A DNA stretch of 61,743 nt, filler included, from Hausera hauseri (Eukaryota): NCBI GenBank assembly GCA_046269625.1. It is 11 parts of 11 records of this genome, joined end to end, with 100 filler letters (N's around TTAATTAATTAA, not from the genome) between each part and the next. Parts side by side here need not be neighbours in the genome. Positions count along the whole stretch, not along the records: positions 21,699 to 26,303 come from JBJURY010508684.1; positions 26,404 to 31,741 come from JBJURY010275619.1; positions 31,842 to 36,093 come from JBJURY010675217.1; 8 more parts are not named here. One strand, 5' to 3'. This document shows, piece by piece, positions 25,184 through 36,193 of the stretch. The notes beneath the pieces were generated by a model, which had not been told where the DNA came from, did not search any database, and saw nothing but the letters and a program-made list of their open reading frames with translations. Positions within the stretch are counted from its first letter, which is position 1; every line of letters starts with the position of its first letter. The position numbers were made by a program, and so were the translations under genes.

Positions 25184-25945
25184 TTACTCATCATCGTCAT
25201 CACTAAAGAGTTTGCCTATCATTAGTACCGAGAGTATCCATAGTAGTATTGAGGTCAACGTGGGACTCGGATGTTGAGATGCGGTCTCGTCTGCATTTGC
25301 TATATTGATCATGGATAGGAAACATATTCCCGTAAAATGTAACGTTCCGAGTGAAAACGAAGTAGCGCCTTTTATTTCCGAGGATTCCCGTTTTTTATCT
25401 TTTTCTTGAAGGTATTGAATATGCATAGCTCTTGTCTTATTTGCAATTTCGCCTAAGTATTTAGTACAGTTACCGGCAAATTGTAGTGGATCAATTTTCA
25501 TCCATTGTTCTGGAGGGAGATTGCTATCTAAAGGTTGGCCCATTATTCTGTTCCAAACTCGTTTGATTTCTTCTAATCCGTTAGTAAGTTCTTGGCCTTC
25601 TATATTTAAATTATAGTGTTTATAGATTTTTAACGCTCGGCTGACTGCCATATAGTCATGGTGTTGGGATTTTCCTGGACTGGCTAAGTCGGGAATTGTA
25701 TAATATACTTTTTTGCAATTTATCTTTATTAGAAGTCTGTCCAATGAAGTCAGTGTAATAAAATCCAATTTTAGATCCTTGCAAATTATTTTTATTATTG
25801 GTTTATATTGTTCATCTGTTATCTCGCATTTTCCGTGATACTTGCAGAGAAATTCTCTTAATTGCATTACAATATTTATGGGTCCCTTGATTAGTTCCTG
25901 TGCGTGATTAATACGCTGTGGAGAGGCTAGCAGGAAATTTTCCAA
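25184..25945 (-). CDS. Unknown protein fragment ending in two hydrophobic segments
   Basis: 253-aa ORF; LHFTGICFLSMINIANA and LTSILLWILSVLMIGKLF. Confidence 0.4.
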   Translation of the reverse strand: MENFLLASPQRINHAQELIKGPINIVMQLREFLCKYHGKCEITDEQYKPIIKIICKDLKLDFITLTSLDRLLIKINCKKVYYTIPDLASPGKSQHHDYMAVSRALKIYKHYNLNIEGQELTNGLEEIKRVWNRIMGQPLDSNLPPEQWMKIDPLQFAGNCTKYLGEIANKTRAMHIQYLQEKDKKRESSEIKGATSFSLGTLHFTGICFLSMINIANADETASQHPSPTLTSILLWILSVLMIGKLFSDDDDE

Positions 25946-26303
25946 TCAGTGTCGGTTTTCTGCCTCCCGTTAAAGAAAGTGGTGGTACATTTTTCCCTTG
26001 TCGTTGAGGTAATTCGGCATAGTTTGGTTCTAATGGTTTGGTTTCTTTGCATTGTACTTGTCCAGTATGGTCTGATCTCACTGATCTAAATTTATTATTT
26101 ATTGGTGATTTCTTAGTTTCATCAAGCTGATACTTTTAATTTCCTCCTTTAGGAGTTTAATATTCTCTTCTACTTCTTCCAGTTTCTTACTTATGAGGGT
26201 ATAACTTGCTGATGTTTGGACTCCTGTTAAATCAAGATAAATAGAAGTTGTTGATACAGGTCTTGACAAGTCTCCATCGGAGTTTCGTGGTGGTTTCTTC
26301 AGA

Positions 26304-26403
26304 NNNNNNNNNNNNNNNNNNNNNNNNNNNNNNNNNNNNNNNNNNNNTTAATTAATTAANNNNNNNNNNNNNNNNNNNNNNNNNNNNNNNNNNNNNNNNN
26401 NNN
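26304..26403. other. Artificial contig spacer
   Basis: N44-TTAATTAATTAA-N44. Confidence 0.98.
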
Positions 26404-26729
26404 CCAACAGGCAGATTTCGAATGGACTAGATGATCAATTGATTGCTCCATTAACAACGGAAGATAATATGACTACAGGTATAAATTTTTGTGTTGAATA
26501 ATGCAGCCGCTTAACTTTGTTGTTGAATTTTATTGTATTAATAAAAATTTTGTTTTCTATAATTTCGGTAAATTTTGATATTTATCTGTGATTTTATAAT
26601 ACGCTTAATATACATTGTGTAATTCAATTAATACGATAAAGGTGCAGGCTAGCCCTTGAGGTAGCTAAACCACCGCATGAACTCACAGGGAAAAAAGTTG
26701 CACCAGCGCAACTTCCAAAAAAATGTTAA

Positions 26730-27270
26730 AATTCTAAAACAATACAACGCACAGAACTCGTCTTCTACATTATACCAAAAGGTTCAGCTTCGTTTTACAA
26801 AGATGCACTGTTTGGCGACATGAGATTGCCGAAATTTATGCTCGTTGCATTTTAAACGACTGTTCAACAAACGGCAGTTATACCACCGATTTGGAAACGT
26901 TTACCCATAGCAATGTAAATTATATCGGTTTGGTTCGGAATGCGCGTTTTGTTGAGACATACAAGCATGATTTCGAGACCGGCGATTGCATTTGCACATA
27001 TATGCAATCTATCGTGCGCAACATGGGTTTGCTCAACAAAAACATCAACAATGGCATATCGATCGATTTGTTCAAATCCACCTATCTATTCTTTACATTT
27101 GTCCTGGCTAAGGACTATAACGTTAAGCAGGCTCAACTACCTCAGCAGGAAAACCTACGATTGGCGGTTCACTTTGTTAAAGCGTTGGAGCAATCTACCG
27201 TGATGTATATTTACGGTGTATTTGATGCCGATGTTGAAATAACGAAAAACGGAACCGTCATTGTATACAT
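26730..27270 (+). pseudogene. Polinton/Maverick major capsid protein, C-terminal part
   Basis: RTELVFYIIPKG..LPKFMLVAF..NGISIDLF..YLFFTFVL..NLRLAVHF..YGVFDADVEI follows the Maverick MCP C-terminal pattern. Confidence 0.75.
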
Positions 27271-27349
27271 AAAACCTTCTTCTTCTTCTTCCTCCTCCTC
27301 TTTGTACCATGAAGTTATTTATTACCATTATTACTATTATGATTAATTC

Positions 27350-27722
27350 ATGTTTTAGGTTTAGCTCAACTGAACTCAGTCACTATAGAAAACTACTCTT
27401 GGGTGTGAAATTCCTCGGTGTGTTTCCACTGGATCGTGTGCCGCGTGACTTACGACAAAATGGTGGTAGCGAAGATTTCATCGTCAATACACACAGTACA
27501 TCGTAACCGGGTGAACATTGGATTGCGGTGTACGTACATCCTACCGTCGTCAAGGTATTCGATCCGCTTGGGTTTTATTACTCGCCATCGTTAGTTTCTC
27601 AAATTGAGCGACAATCACATCATCATCTTGTTGAATACAATCGACTTTATTATCAACATCCACTTACCGTATTGCGTGGACATTACTGCCTATTGTTGCT
27701 TACATTACAAACATTTTTGTGA
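27350..27722 (+). pseudogene. Polinton/Maverick adenovirus-like cysteine protease, inactivated
   Basis: FLGVFPLD..FIVNT..*PGEHWIAVY..FDPLG..YQHPLTVLRGHYC; catalytic Cys position reads Arg, one stop. Confidence 0.85.
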
Positions 27723-29473
27723 ACGTATTCCGCTATTTTGAATGGACAGACAGAGACAAACTGTTTTTGTGCGGATGGGCAGAGAGTTTTTGTGATGTAT
27801 TGTTGTATCGTTTCATTACCTTTGTTACATTTGTGGTACACGGTTTCACGTGTCACTTTTGCTGCTACTACTACTACTAAAAGCATTGCAGTTTTAATCA
27901 TAATCATTCTCCTTATGAGTATTACTCAATTATGAGCTCATGCTCATAGTTTGATTGAAAATTATTATTAATCGCCGTTCGGTTTTCCTTGTCGTCGTCG
28001 TCGTACAAAATAAAATTCACAACAGATTTTTACTACAAAACTAACGCGTTTTCAAAAAACACAAAACGAAAATGAGTATTTTGACGTTTTTAACAAAATG
28101 TGTGCGCTTTTCACCCGGATCCATTGGTCTGATCGTGAGGCGGTTATAATATGAAAATTTTCCCAACTTATGGGCGATGTACGGGACCCATTTCCATTAT
28201 CGGCAGACGTGAACTGGGGGAATTTTACCCGACAGAAATTTTATCAACCGGTTTTTCCCATGTTTCCTTGGTCGGACAACAACGAAACCGTGTCTATTAG
28301 ACTTGCCAACATCAATTTTACCTCTGTACAAAATTTCATTATACCAACTACATGTGTTGCGTTGCCAGATGCACATTGCCCGATTTTCTTCTTCCACCTC
28401 CTGTACAGCTGGGTTACATTTTTCGGCTTCACGGCGCAGTTAACTTTTGTTCGCCTTGTCCGGTTCGACCGATTGGTCTCGGTTCAAAGTCCATTGCTCG
28501 ACCTTCTTCTTTCCTGGGTGGGGGGGTCTCCGACCACAAAACATAAAATGCTCAGAATTGTGAGATAGGTGGGGAAAACTTGGTTCCGAGTCGATTTGGG
28601 CACTTTTTGGCAAGTGCAGTAGAGCTGACACTTCTACATACTGGAAACTTGAAAATTTCTAACAATGATAAAATTTAACACTTATCCAAGAAATATATTT
28701 GTAAAACAAAAATTCGGTAATTATGGGATTCTGAATATATCGAATAAATTTCGATTTGAATGCTGAGACAATTCGGTTCTTAAATTTTTGGAAGTTACTG
28801 TGACAAAAAGTCTGTAAAATGGTTTTATTTTGTCGCTCGTATTGCTACATGGCTGGTTAAAGCTGAGTTGAGCATTTATAAACCTGTTTCATTTAAATTT
28901 TACACATTTAATTTTTATTGTTACTTAGGTACTGCATTATTGTAGTTTAGCGAAATTGTCAATTCCCTGTTTCAAATTTTTTGGCTATGGTATGCTTGTT
29001 TATTGTTCATCGAACTACTGAATAAATAACCAGTTTTTGCAATTGATTAATTATGGTGAATGTAATTTAAATCTTGATTTTGTACTTCTGAATGTTGTTT
29101 TTATTGCAAGTAAATAAGTGATTAATTTTCCGAAAGCGAATATGATTGATTTATATATTGTTATTGACACGAGTTTCCCTGAAGTACAACGGGACACATT
29201 GACAAAGGCGTTGAAATGGAAAAAATTTATTTGTATTTATGTATGCATGCCATAAATTTAGTTCCATTTTGGAACGATTTTATGGTTCGAGACACCACTT
29301 ATACGCTGATGTTTCCATCGAAATTTAAATGAACAATCAAATCTACGAAGAATTATAAATCGCTAAGTTCTGGCACATTTTGCTTCATATATAATAAACA
29401 ACTTAATAAAATTAAGTATGTCATAAGATGCAGATTGATTCGGAAAAAATTGCGTTTTTGGATTAATTTATTA

Positions 29474-30885
29474 CGGGTTGATTTCCCTCTTAATTTTATT
29501 TAATCGACACCAATACATAGGTATTTTCGGTTGATTCGAAAAAAAAATTGAATAAATTCTTTCTTTGACTACAACGAATATTTATAGTTAAATGAGTAAG
29601 AGCTATATTTGCAAAAATGACTAAGAGTTAAATAAATGTTTGACCAACTGTTAAATGTAATTTCCATCTTTATCAATGACGTTACATAGATGAAAATTAT
29701 TATTCATGGAGCATTATTTCCTCCGTTAATGTTGACAACTGTTTATTTAAGAAGTTTCTAAGTTCTTGTACCGAATCAAAGGACATTCTACATCGCTTCA
29801 TTTCTAAGTCGGGAAACACCTTACGATCTAGGACATTTATATCAGGAGAATACGGACTTTGCTTCACAATGCGACAATGTTTGCGTTCAAGAAACTTACG
29901 TGTCGCAGCTGACACATGTTGGGGAGCATTACCATGCATTAATATAAAATTTCCCCACAGTATATTTCTCCTTTGCACGACATCATATTTATTAAAAGCG
30001 GTGATAACTTTGTCAAGAAAGTTTATGTAACATTTAGAATTGACTGTTTCTCCGTGTTCTAAGACTTTCAAATGATACAATCCTCTAAAATTGACTGCAA
30101 CAAAGCAGTGAAATTTTGTGCCAACAGCTTTTCTTTTTGACATTTCAGTCCTGTCACTATAATGTGGGACCCAAGACTTCCTTGTGATGTGGTTTCCGAT
30201 CGGATAAGCATAAAAGGCTTTCTCGTCCGTAACTACCAGATACCATGTAATATTTCTGTTGTGTTGGAAAACGTCTAAGAGATCCTGACAACAAGTGATT
30301 CATTGCTGTTTCTGTTCCTTATTTATTTTGTGAGAAATCCATTTTTCTGAAATGCATGACCAATTAAGATCTTCTGTAATGATTCTTAACACCATTGCCT
30401 AGGACAATCCTAAACGATCTTCTACCTCTCATGTAGTCATTTTGTTATCATCAGAAAGGAAAGCTTCAATTTGACCGGCAAACAACTGTCTTTCTTCACA
30501 TTTCTTCCGCCCGCTTCCTTCCTTTCTATTGAAGTTTTCCCTGGAATTGTCTTTAAATTCTTTACAAATTTGCTGAACTCTTCGCAACTTTATGACATTT
30601 TCACCCCTTGTGGTTATGATAACGTTATGAAAGTCTGTACCCTTGTAATTATTTCTTCTTAGGGTTTCAATAACAACATAGATTTCGTTACTTGAAGGTT
30701 TCAAACTTTCAATTAAAATCAGATAAAATTTCAATATAAAAGCAAAGCAAACAAACCTTTAGGATTTCTTGAAACGATAATTCAAATTTTTCGACATCAC
30801 TACGTGATATTTGATTTATTAAAATAAAACATTTATACTTATGTATTTTTGTCGACTAAATAAAATTAAGACTGAAATCAACCCG
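29474..30885 (-). mobile_element. Full-length decayed mariner (DD34D spacing) with TIRs and TA flanks
   Basis: TA|CGGGTTGATTTC...GAAATCAACCCG|TA; LVVTDEK, LMHGNAPQH, PYSPDINVLD with 34 residues between second and third catalytic positions. Confidence 0.9.
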
Positions 30886-30909
30886 TAATAAATTAATCCA
30901 AAATCGAAA

Positions 30910-31741
30910 AACTGAGCTGTTATCGTACCAGAAACTTGCAGATTGATTCAAATACTGTCTACCAAATCATTCAACGACTTAAGTTGTGAGGTTTATTGTC
31001 ACATAAACCTCATAAAACAGGGTCGAAAACAAATGTTAAAGATTCGAGCAAAACGTGAGGTTGTTCGGGAAGCGTCGAAAGCTCCATTTAAAAGTTCCAG
31101 CAAGTTTGCCGAAATAGTTCAAACATACTTCCAGAAAAAGTTGCCCTCAGAACTATCCGAAAAGTACTCAACCAAGCTGGACTACGAGGATGCACAACCC
31201 GAAAGAAGCCCTTTATTTCAAAAATCAACAAAGCCAAGAGACTAGCTCTCGCAAAGAAGCACATAAGCAAACCTCAGAGCTTTTGGAATAGTATTTTGTG
31301 GTCTGACGAAACAAAACTTGTTTTGTTCAGACTGGCAAAAATATCTGGAGAACAGCAAATCAAGCAGTGCTTCCAAAACACCTCATTCCAACTGTCAAAT
31401 ATGGAGGAGGGAACGTCATGGTTTGGAGGTCGATGGCTTCCAATGGTGTCGGTAAAATGGAAATTTTTTATTTCAGAATGGATTTGGAGCATAACATCGC
31501 AATTCTGGGTAGAAATGAACAGAAATCTACTCAAAAGCTCCAGATAGGGAGAAAACATGTCTTCCAACAGGACAGCGACCCCAAACGCACCTCCAAAAAG
31601 GCACAGCTTTTCTTCAAAAACAAAAAGTTACGGTTCTTGGAATAGTCTTAGAAAAGTCGCCAGATTTAAACCCCATCGAACATTTATAGGGAATTTTAAA
31701 GAAAAGCGTATATGGTGTTCCTCCATCAAACCTGAATCAAC
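30910..31741 (+). mobile_element. Tc1 (DD34E-type) transposase remnant
   Basis: ILWSDETK, PTVKYGGGNVMVW, FQQDSDPKRTSK, SPDLNPIEHL. Confidence 0.9.
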
Positions 31742-31841
31742 NNNNNNNNNNNNNNNNNNNNNNNNNNNNNNNNNNNNNNNNNNNNTTAATTAATTAANNN
31801 NNNNNNNNNNNNNNNNNNNNNNNNNNNNNNNNNNNNNNNNN
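31742..31841. other. Artificial contig spacer
   Basis: N44-TTAATTAATTAA-N44. Confidence 0.98.
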
Positions 31842-32447
31842 AGTTGCAAAAACCAATGGAAGCTATTACGAATGTTGGAGCATTTGGAACTAGGGTGCAA
31901 GTAAAAGACTTAATTAAATGTGAGACAAAAGTCTTTAATCAAAAATTGGAGCAAGAATTTAGAATAGCCGATGAACTGGTGGCTGAAGCTATACTTGGTT
32001 GTGATGCACTAGCAAAGTTAAATGATATGTGTATGAACTTAGAAACCCAACAAATTCAACCATATCGAAAAACAAGGAATGAGAAAAAAAAATATAGTAT
32101 CAATTGAAGATGATATGTTAATAACAGCTAGAACAGAAATTGTACTCAAGGCATTAGTAGAAGGCCGAGACGAAGAAGACGTATATATCGAACCAAATAT
32201 GATTTTTATGGACAAGAATGAGCTATAGATAGCCCATACCATTGATAATATTCGAGAACACCAAGTGGTTGTTCGGATAGCTAACGTTTCAAATAAACCA
32301 AAATTATTGAGAAAAGGGACAAGAATTGCCTATGTATATTTGATAAAGGATATAGGTAACAATGCTACGGAAGCTATTATTTCCACTGTACAGGAATTAT
32401 CCGAATTTATGGAAAGACAATGACAAAAACCACGAACAGAAGCCTGG

Positions 32448-35015
32448 ATGCGATTAGAAAGTAAATCAATGAATAAATTGCAAAGTCATCTTAACAAAAA
32501 CAAAAATATAACAAAACTTGTCAAGACTCCTACCATATGGAATGATTATGACCTGTTCGGTAAAGATAGTACATTGACTGATGCGGAAAAAGAAGGTACA
32601 ATAAAAATATTACAACAATATAAAGATACCTTTGCCATCGATGAATATGATATGGGTATTATACCCGTCATCAAACACGAAATTAAACTGAAGACTGGAA
32701 TGGAAACTCCAATTAAAAAGAGGCCATATCGGCTTAACTATGACAAACGAGAAAAGGCTAAAAAAATAAAAGCCGAAATGAAACAGCATGACATAATTAG
32801 ACCAAGCAACTCACCATGGACAGCACCTATCGTGATGGTACAAAAGAAGGATGGGTCCATTAGAATGTGTGTGGATTATCGTGCTTTGAACGAAGTAACG
32901 GTAGACAATACCTACCCGTTACCGAGGATTGACGAAATATTAGACAAGCTGAAAGACAAAATGTTGTTTACCACGTTGGACTTACAAAAAGGTTTCTGGC
33001 AGATAGAAGTACAAGAAGAGGACAAACAGAAAACAGCCTTCGTGACGGCAGACGGACATTATGAATTCAACCGGATGGCATTCGGAATGAAGAACGCCCC
33101 GGCAACTTTTCAAACAGCTATGGATATAATTACCATGGATGCTCCACACATAATGTGTTATGTGGATGACGTTATAATTGCGTCAGCTGATTACAAACAA
33201 CACAAGGAACATCTTAAGGATATGTTGGAAAGATGTGCTCTCTTGGGAATTAAAATTAGTTTAAAGAAATGTTGTTTTGCCCGAACTAAAGTTGACTTTT
33301 TAGGCCATACAGTAAGTAGAGATGGAATTAGTCCACAAATTGGAAAAATCAACAAAATCCAAGACTTTCCAGTTCCAAAGACTGTTAGAGGAGTTCGAAA
33401 ATTTCTTGGCCTTACAGGCTATTATCGTAAATTTGTTAAGGACTATCAACAGATAGCTTCCCCTCTACATTCATTACTACAAGAGAATTCCAAGCTTGTT
33501 TGGACCCAAGAGTGTCAAAAAGCATACCAACAATTAAAGGACTGTTTATTAACTCCACCAATATTAGCGTACCCTAATATGTCAAAACCATACTTTCTAG
33601 CAACGGATGCAAGTAAAGTCGGAATTGGAGTAGTCCTGTCACAAAAAGATGATCAAGGACAAGAGCACCCCATATCATTTGGAGGAAGGAAGCTGAGGAA
33701 GCACGAAAAAAATTACTCTACAATTGAGAGGGAACTGCTTGCTATCGTCTACGCGTTAGAACAATATGGCCAGTATCTATCTGAAACAAAACCAATTATT
33801 GTTTATACTGACCATAAGCCGCTACAATGGTTAAAAAGCCATAAAAATCCAAATAGTCGCCTAATGAAATGGGCTATGTTACTTCAACCCTACGATTTGA
33901 AGTTTGAATATAAAGCTGGTAAAGCTAACGCAAATGCTGATTATATGTCAAGGATATCTGAGGATATAGATCAAAAAGATAAAGAGATAACAGATAAACC
34001 AGGGGCCATAGAAGCCATTTGGAGTATAACAGAGCAAGAAAAATCGCTACAACAAAGACAGCAGAATGATGAACAGGTAAAGCAAATTAAGGAATACCTT
34101 CAGAAGAAGATTGTGCCAAAGAATAATGATCTCTACACCCATTTGACAAAATTTGCTGAAAATTACCAGATAAAAGATCGTATATTATATTATAACCATA
34201 AAGGAAAATGTGTCGTCGTTGTTCCCCAAGAAGATATAAAACTTTTGTTAATACAATACCATGATGGTATGTTGGGCAGACATCACTCAAAGAAACGGAC
34301 TTTAGGTCGATTGAAAAGAAAATACTATTGGTATAAAATGTCCAAAGATGTAGAAGAATGGAGCAAAAGTTGCCCTATTTGTGCAACGCGAAGGAATACG
34401 GGCTCGAAAATTAAGGTTCCTTTGAAACCATTAGAATGCCCACCTGCCCCTATGGAGTTCTCAGCCATGGACATTCTAGGACCGTTGCCAATGACTATAA
34501 ATGGGAATAAGTACATGTTGGTTTTTGTTGATTTATTTTCCAGATGGCCCGTAGTAGTTCCGATACCAGACCAAAAAGCACAAACTATTGCACAAGCGTT
34601 TGTTGAAGAGATTGTATTCAATTATGGAGCACCTACTAAACTACTAACAGTTCAAGCTCCAAATTTTATAGGAGAAGTAATGGCGGAGATTTCGAAGATA
34701 TTCCATATATTACAGTTAAAAACTACCCCATATCATCCACAAACTAATGGAGCGGTCGAGCGATTTAATGGAACCTTAACCAACATGCTTGTAACTATGG
34801 TTAATGAACGACAGGATGACTGGGATGAATACATCAAACCATGTTTATTCGCTATAAGGAATACAATTCATCCTGCGACAAAAGAAACTCCGTTTTATTT
34901 AATGTATCTTAGAGATACGCACATGCCAGTTGATATAGATTTTAAAATGCCCCTGTCTCATCTAAAGGACATGGAGTATAAAGAATTATTAGAAGAAAAA
35001 CTTGGATATGTGTGA
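32448..35015 (+). CDS. pol: Gypsy Pol: reverse transcriptase, RNase H, integrase
   Basis: RMCVDYRALN, YVDD, TDASKVGIG, TDHKPL, MDILGPLP, YHPQTNGAVERFN; frame continues after a single TGA. Confidence 0.97.
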   Translation: MRLESKSMNKLQSHLNKNKNITKLVKTPTIWNDYDLFGKDSTLTDAEKEGTIKILQQYKDTFAIDEYDMGIIPVIKHEIKLKTGMETPIKKRPYRLNYDKREKAKKIKAEMKQHDIIRPSNSPWTAPIVMVQKKDGSIRMCVDYRALNEVTVDNTYPLPRIDEILDKLKDKMLFTTLDLQKGFWQIEVQEEDKQKTAFVTADGHYEFNRMAFGMKNAPATFQTAMDIITMDAPHIMCYVDDVIIASADYKQHKEHLKDMLERCALLGIKISLKKCCFARTKVDFLGHTVSRDGISPQIGKINKIQDFPVPKTVRGVRKFLGLTGYYRKFVKDYQQIASPLHSLLQENSKLVWTQECQKAYQQLKDCLLTPPILAYPNMSKPYFLATDASKVGIGVVLSQKDDQGQEHPISFGGRKLRKHEKNYSTIERELLAIVYALEQYGQYLSETKPIIVYTDHKPLQWLKSHKNPNSRLMKWAMLLQPYDLKFEYKAGKANANADYMSRISEDIDQKDKEITDKPGAIEAIWSITEQEKSLQQRQQNDEQVKQIKEYLQKKIVPKNNDLYTHLTKFAENYQIKDRILYYNHKGKCVVVVPQEDIKLLLIQYHDGMLGRHHSKKRTLGRLKRKYYWYKMSKDVEEWSKSCPICATRRNTGSKIKVPLKPLECPPAPMEFSAMDILGPLPMTINGNKYMLVFVDLFSRWPVVVPIPDQKAQTIAQAFVEEIVFNYGAPTKLLTVQAPNFIGEVMAEISKIFHILQLKTTPYHPQTNGAVERFNGTLTNMLVTMVNERQDDWDEYIKPCLFAIRNTIHPATKETPFYLMYLRDTHMPVDIDFKMPLSHLKDMEYKELLEEKLGYV

Positions 35016-35299
35016 AACCTAGCTTCACGACATATAAAAATATGCCAGAAAGAATATAAAAATAGATACGATGAGAAAACGAAGTCCCATGGTTTCAAAC
35101 CCGGAGATAAAGTCATGCTACATACGCCGTTAAATAAGAAAGGCAGAACACCAAAGTTGGACAGACCATATAAAGGTCCATATATGGTCCAAAAAGTAGA
35201 CGAAACGAATATCTATTTGAATAAAAACAAAAGGAACAAGATAGACCCGATAAAAGTCCACGTAAACAGGTGCAAGCCAGCAACCACAGAATCAAGGAT

Positions 35300-36093
35300 T
35301 AGAAGTGGAAATCCTAATTTATTATTAGTAACAACGTTTATGGTATTGAGTTTAGTGACTTGTGCATCAACTCAGTCTCTCGATGTCAAGTATAAAGCTG
35401 TTCAAATCGGAAAATACCCATGTGTAAAAATTACAGCCAACCGGAACTTAACAATAGATGAATATATACATATATTCATATCAAAATTACCTATTGTGGA
35501 AAAAGCGACACCAGAAAATTGTGATTTATACCACAATCATTCAGTACATATTTGTTGTGGACTTTCATTTGGAGAAACGTATAGAATTCAGTACGCAATT
35601 GGAAAAAGTGATCACGGTTATATAACATATTTCTCTTTCCCAGGTACTACCCATTACTTCCATCGACCATATTTTCTTATTTCATTTTATTCCAAGGTCA
35701 TGAAAAATGGACCTTGCATAACAGCAGAACCAGACGTACAAATCACGAAGTATGTAACATTCCAATATGAAATATTCGATGGCACTAACAACACATATTG
35801 TAAACCAAATTACCAAAATCCATATGTGTTGTCCAATTATTTTTAATAAATAGTATATGATATACTATTGGACCACGTACAATGGTTATACATGGTCAAA
35901 AACAGCAGATGGACCCGAGATAATAGTAAGATCCCCGGTAAAGATAACCCCTACTTCAACAAGAAAAGCAACTACCTTGGTGACACAATCAAGTATACTA
36001 ACTACATTACATAAAATGGTAACGAGTCCCACCATGGAACCTAAGAAGAGAATCAAAGAACTAGACATAATTATACAACCAACAAATTACTCA
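35300..36093 (+). pseudogene. Signal peptide, Cys-rich ectodomain repeats and Thr-rich stalk fused downstream of integrase
   Basis: LLLVTTFMVLSLVTCASTQ; PCVKIT..NCDLYHNHSVHICCGLSFGETYRIQY; TPTSTRKATTLVT. Confidence 0.65.
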
Positions 36094-36193
36094 NNNNNNN
36101 NNNNNNNNNNNNNNNNNNNNNNNNNNNNNNNNNNNNNTTAATTAATTAANNNNNNNNNNNNNNNNNNNNNNNNNNNNNNNNNNNNNNNNNNNN
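36094..36193. other. Artificial contig spacer
   Basis: N44-TTAATTAATTAA-N44. Confidence 0.98.

Larger units (their letters stand above)
21699..26303 (-). mobile_element. Accessory/polyprotein region of a probable giant retroelement (no pol in this contig)
   Basis: Dense intronless minus-strand ORF fragments, A-rich coding strand, Cys motif shared with post-integrase regions at 1651-3101 and 35300-36093. Confidence 0.5.
31842..36093 (+). mobile_element. Internal part of a Ty3/Gypsy element with post-integrase ectodomain extension
   Basis: Protease tail (AILGCD), RT-RNase H-IN order, in-frame extension. Confidence 0.95.

Noticed and set aside
27865-27878. ACTACT run as a Polinton terminus
   Set aside because: Indistinguishable from a CTA microsatellite; no partner TIR in the contig
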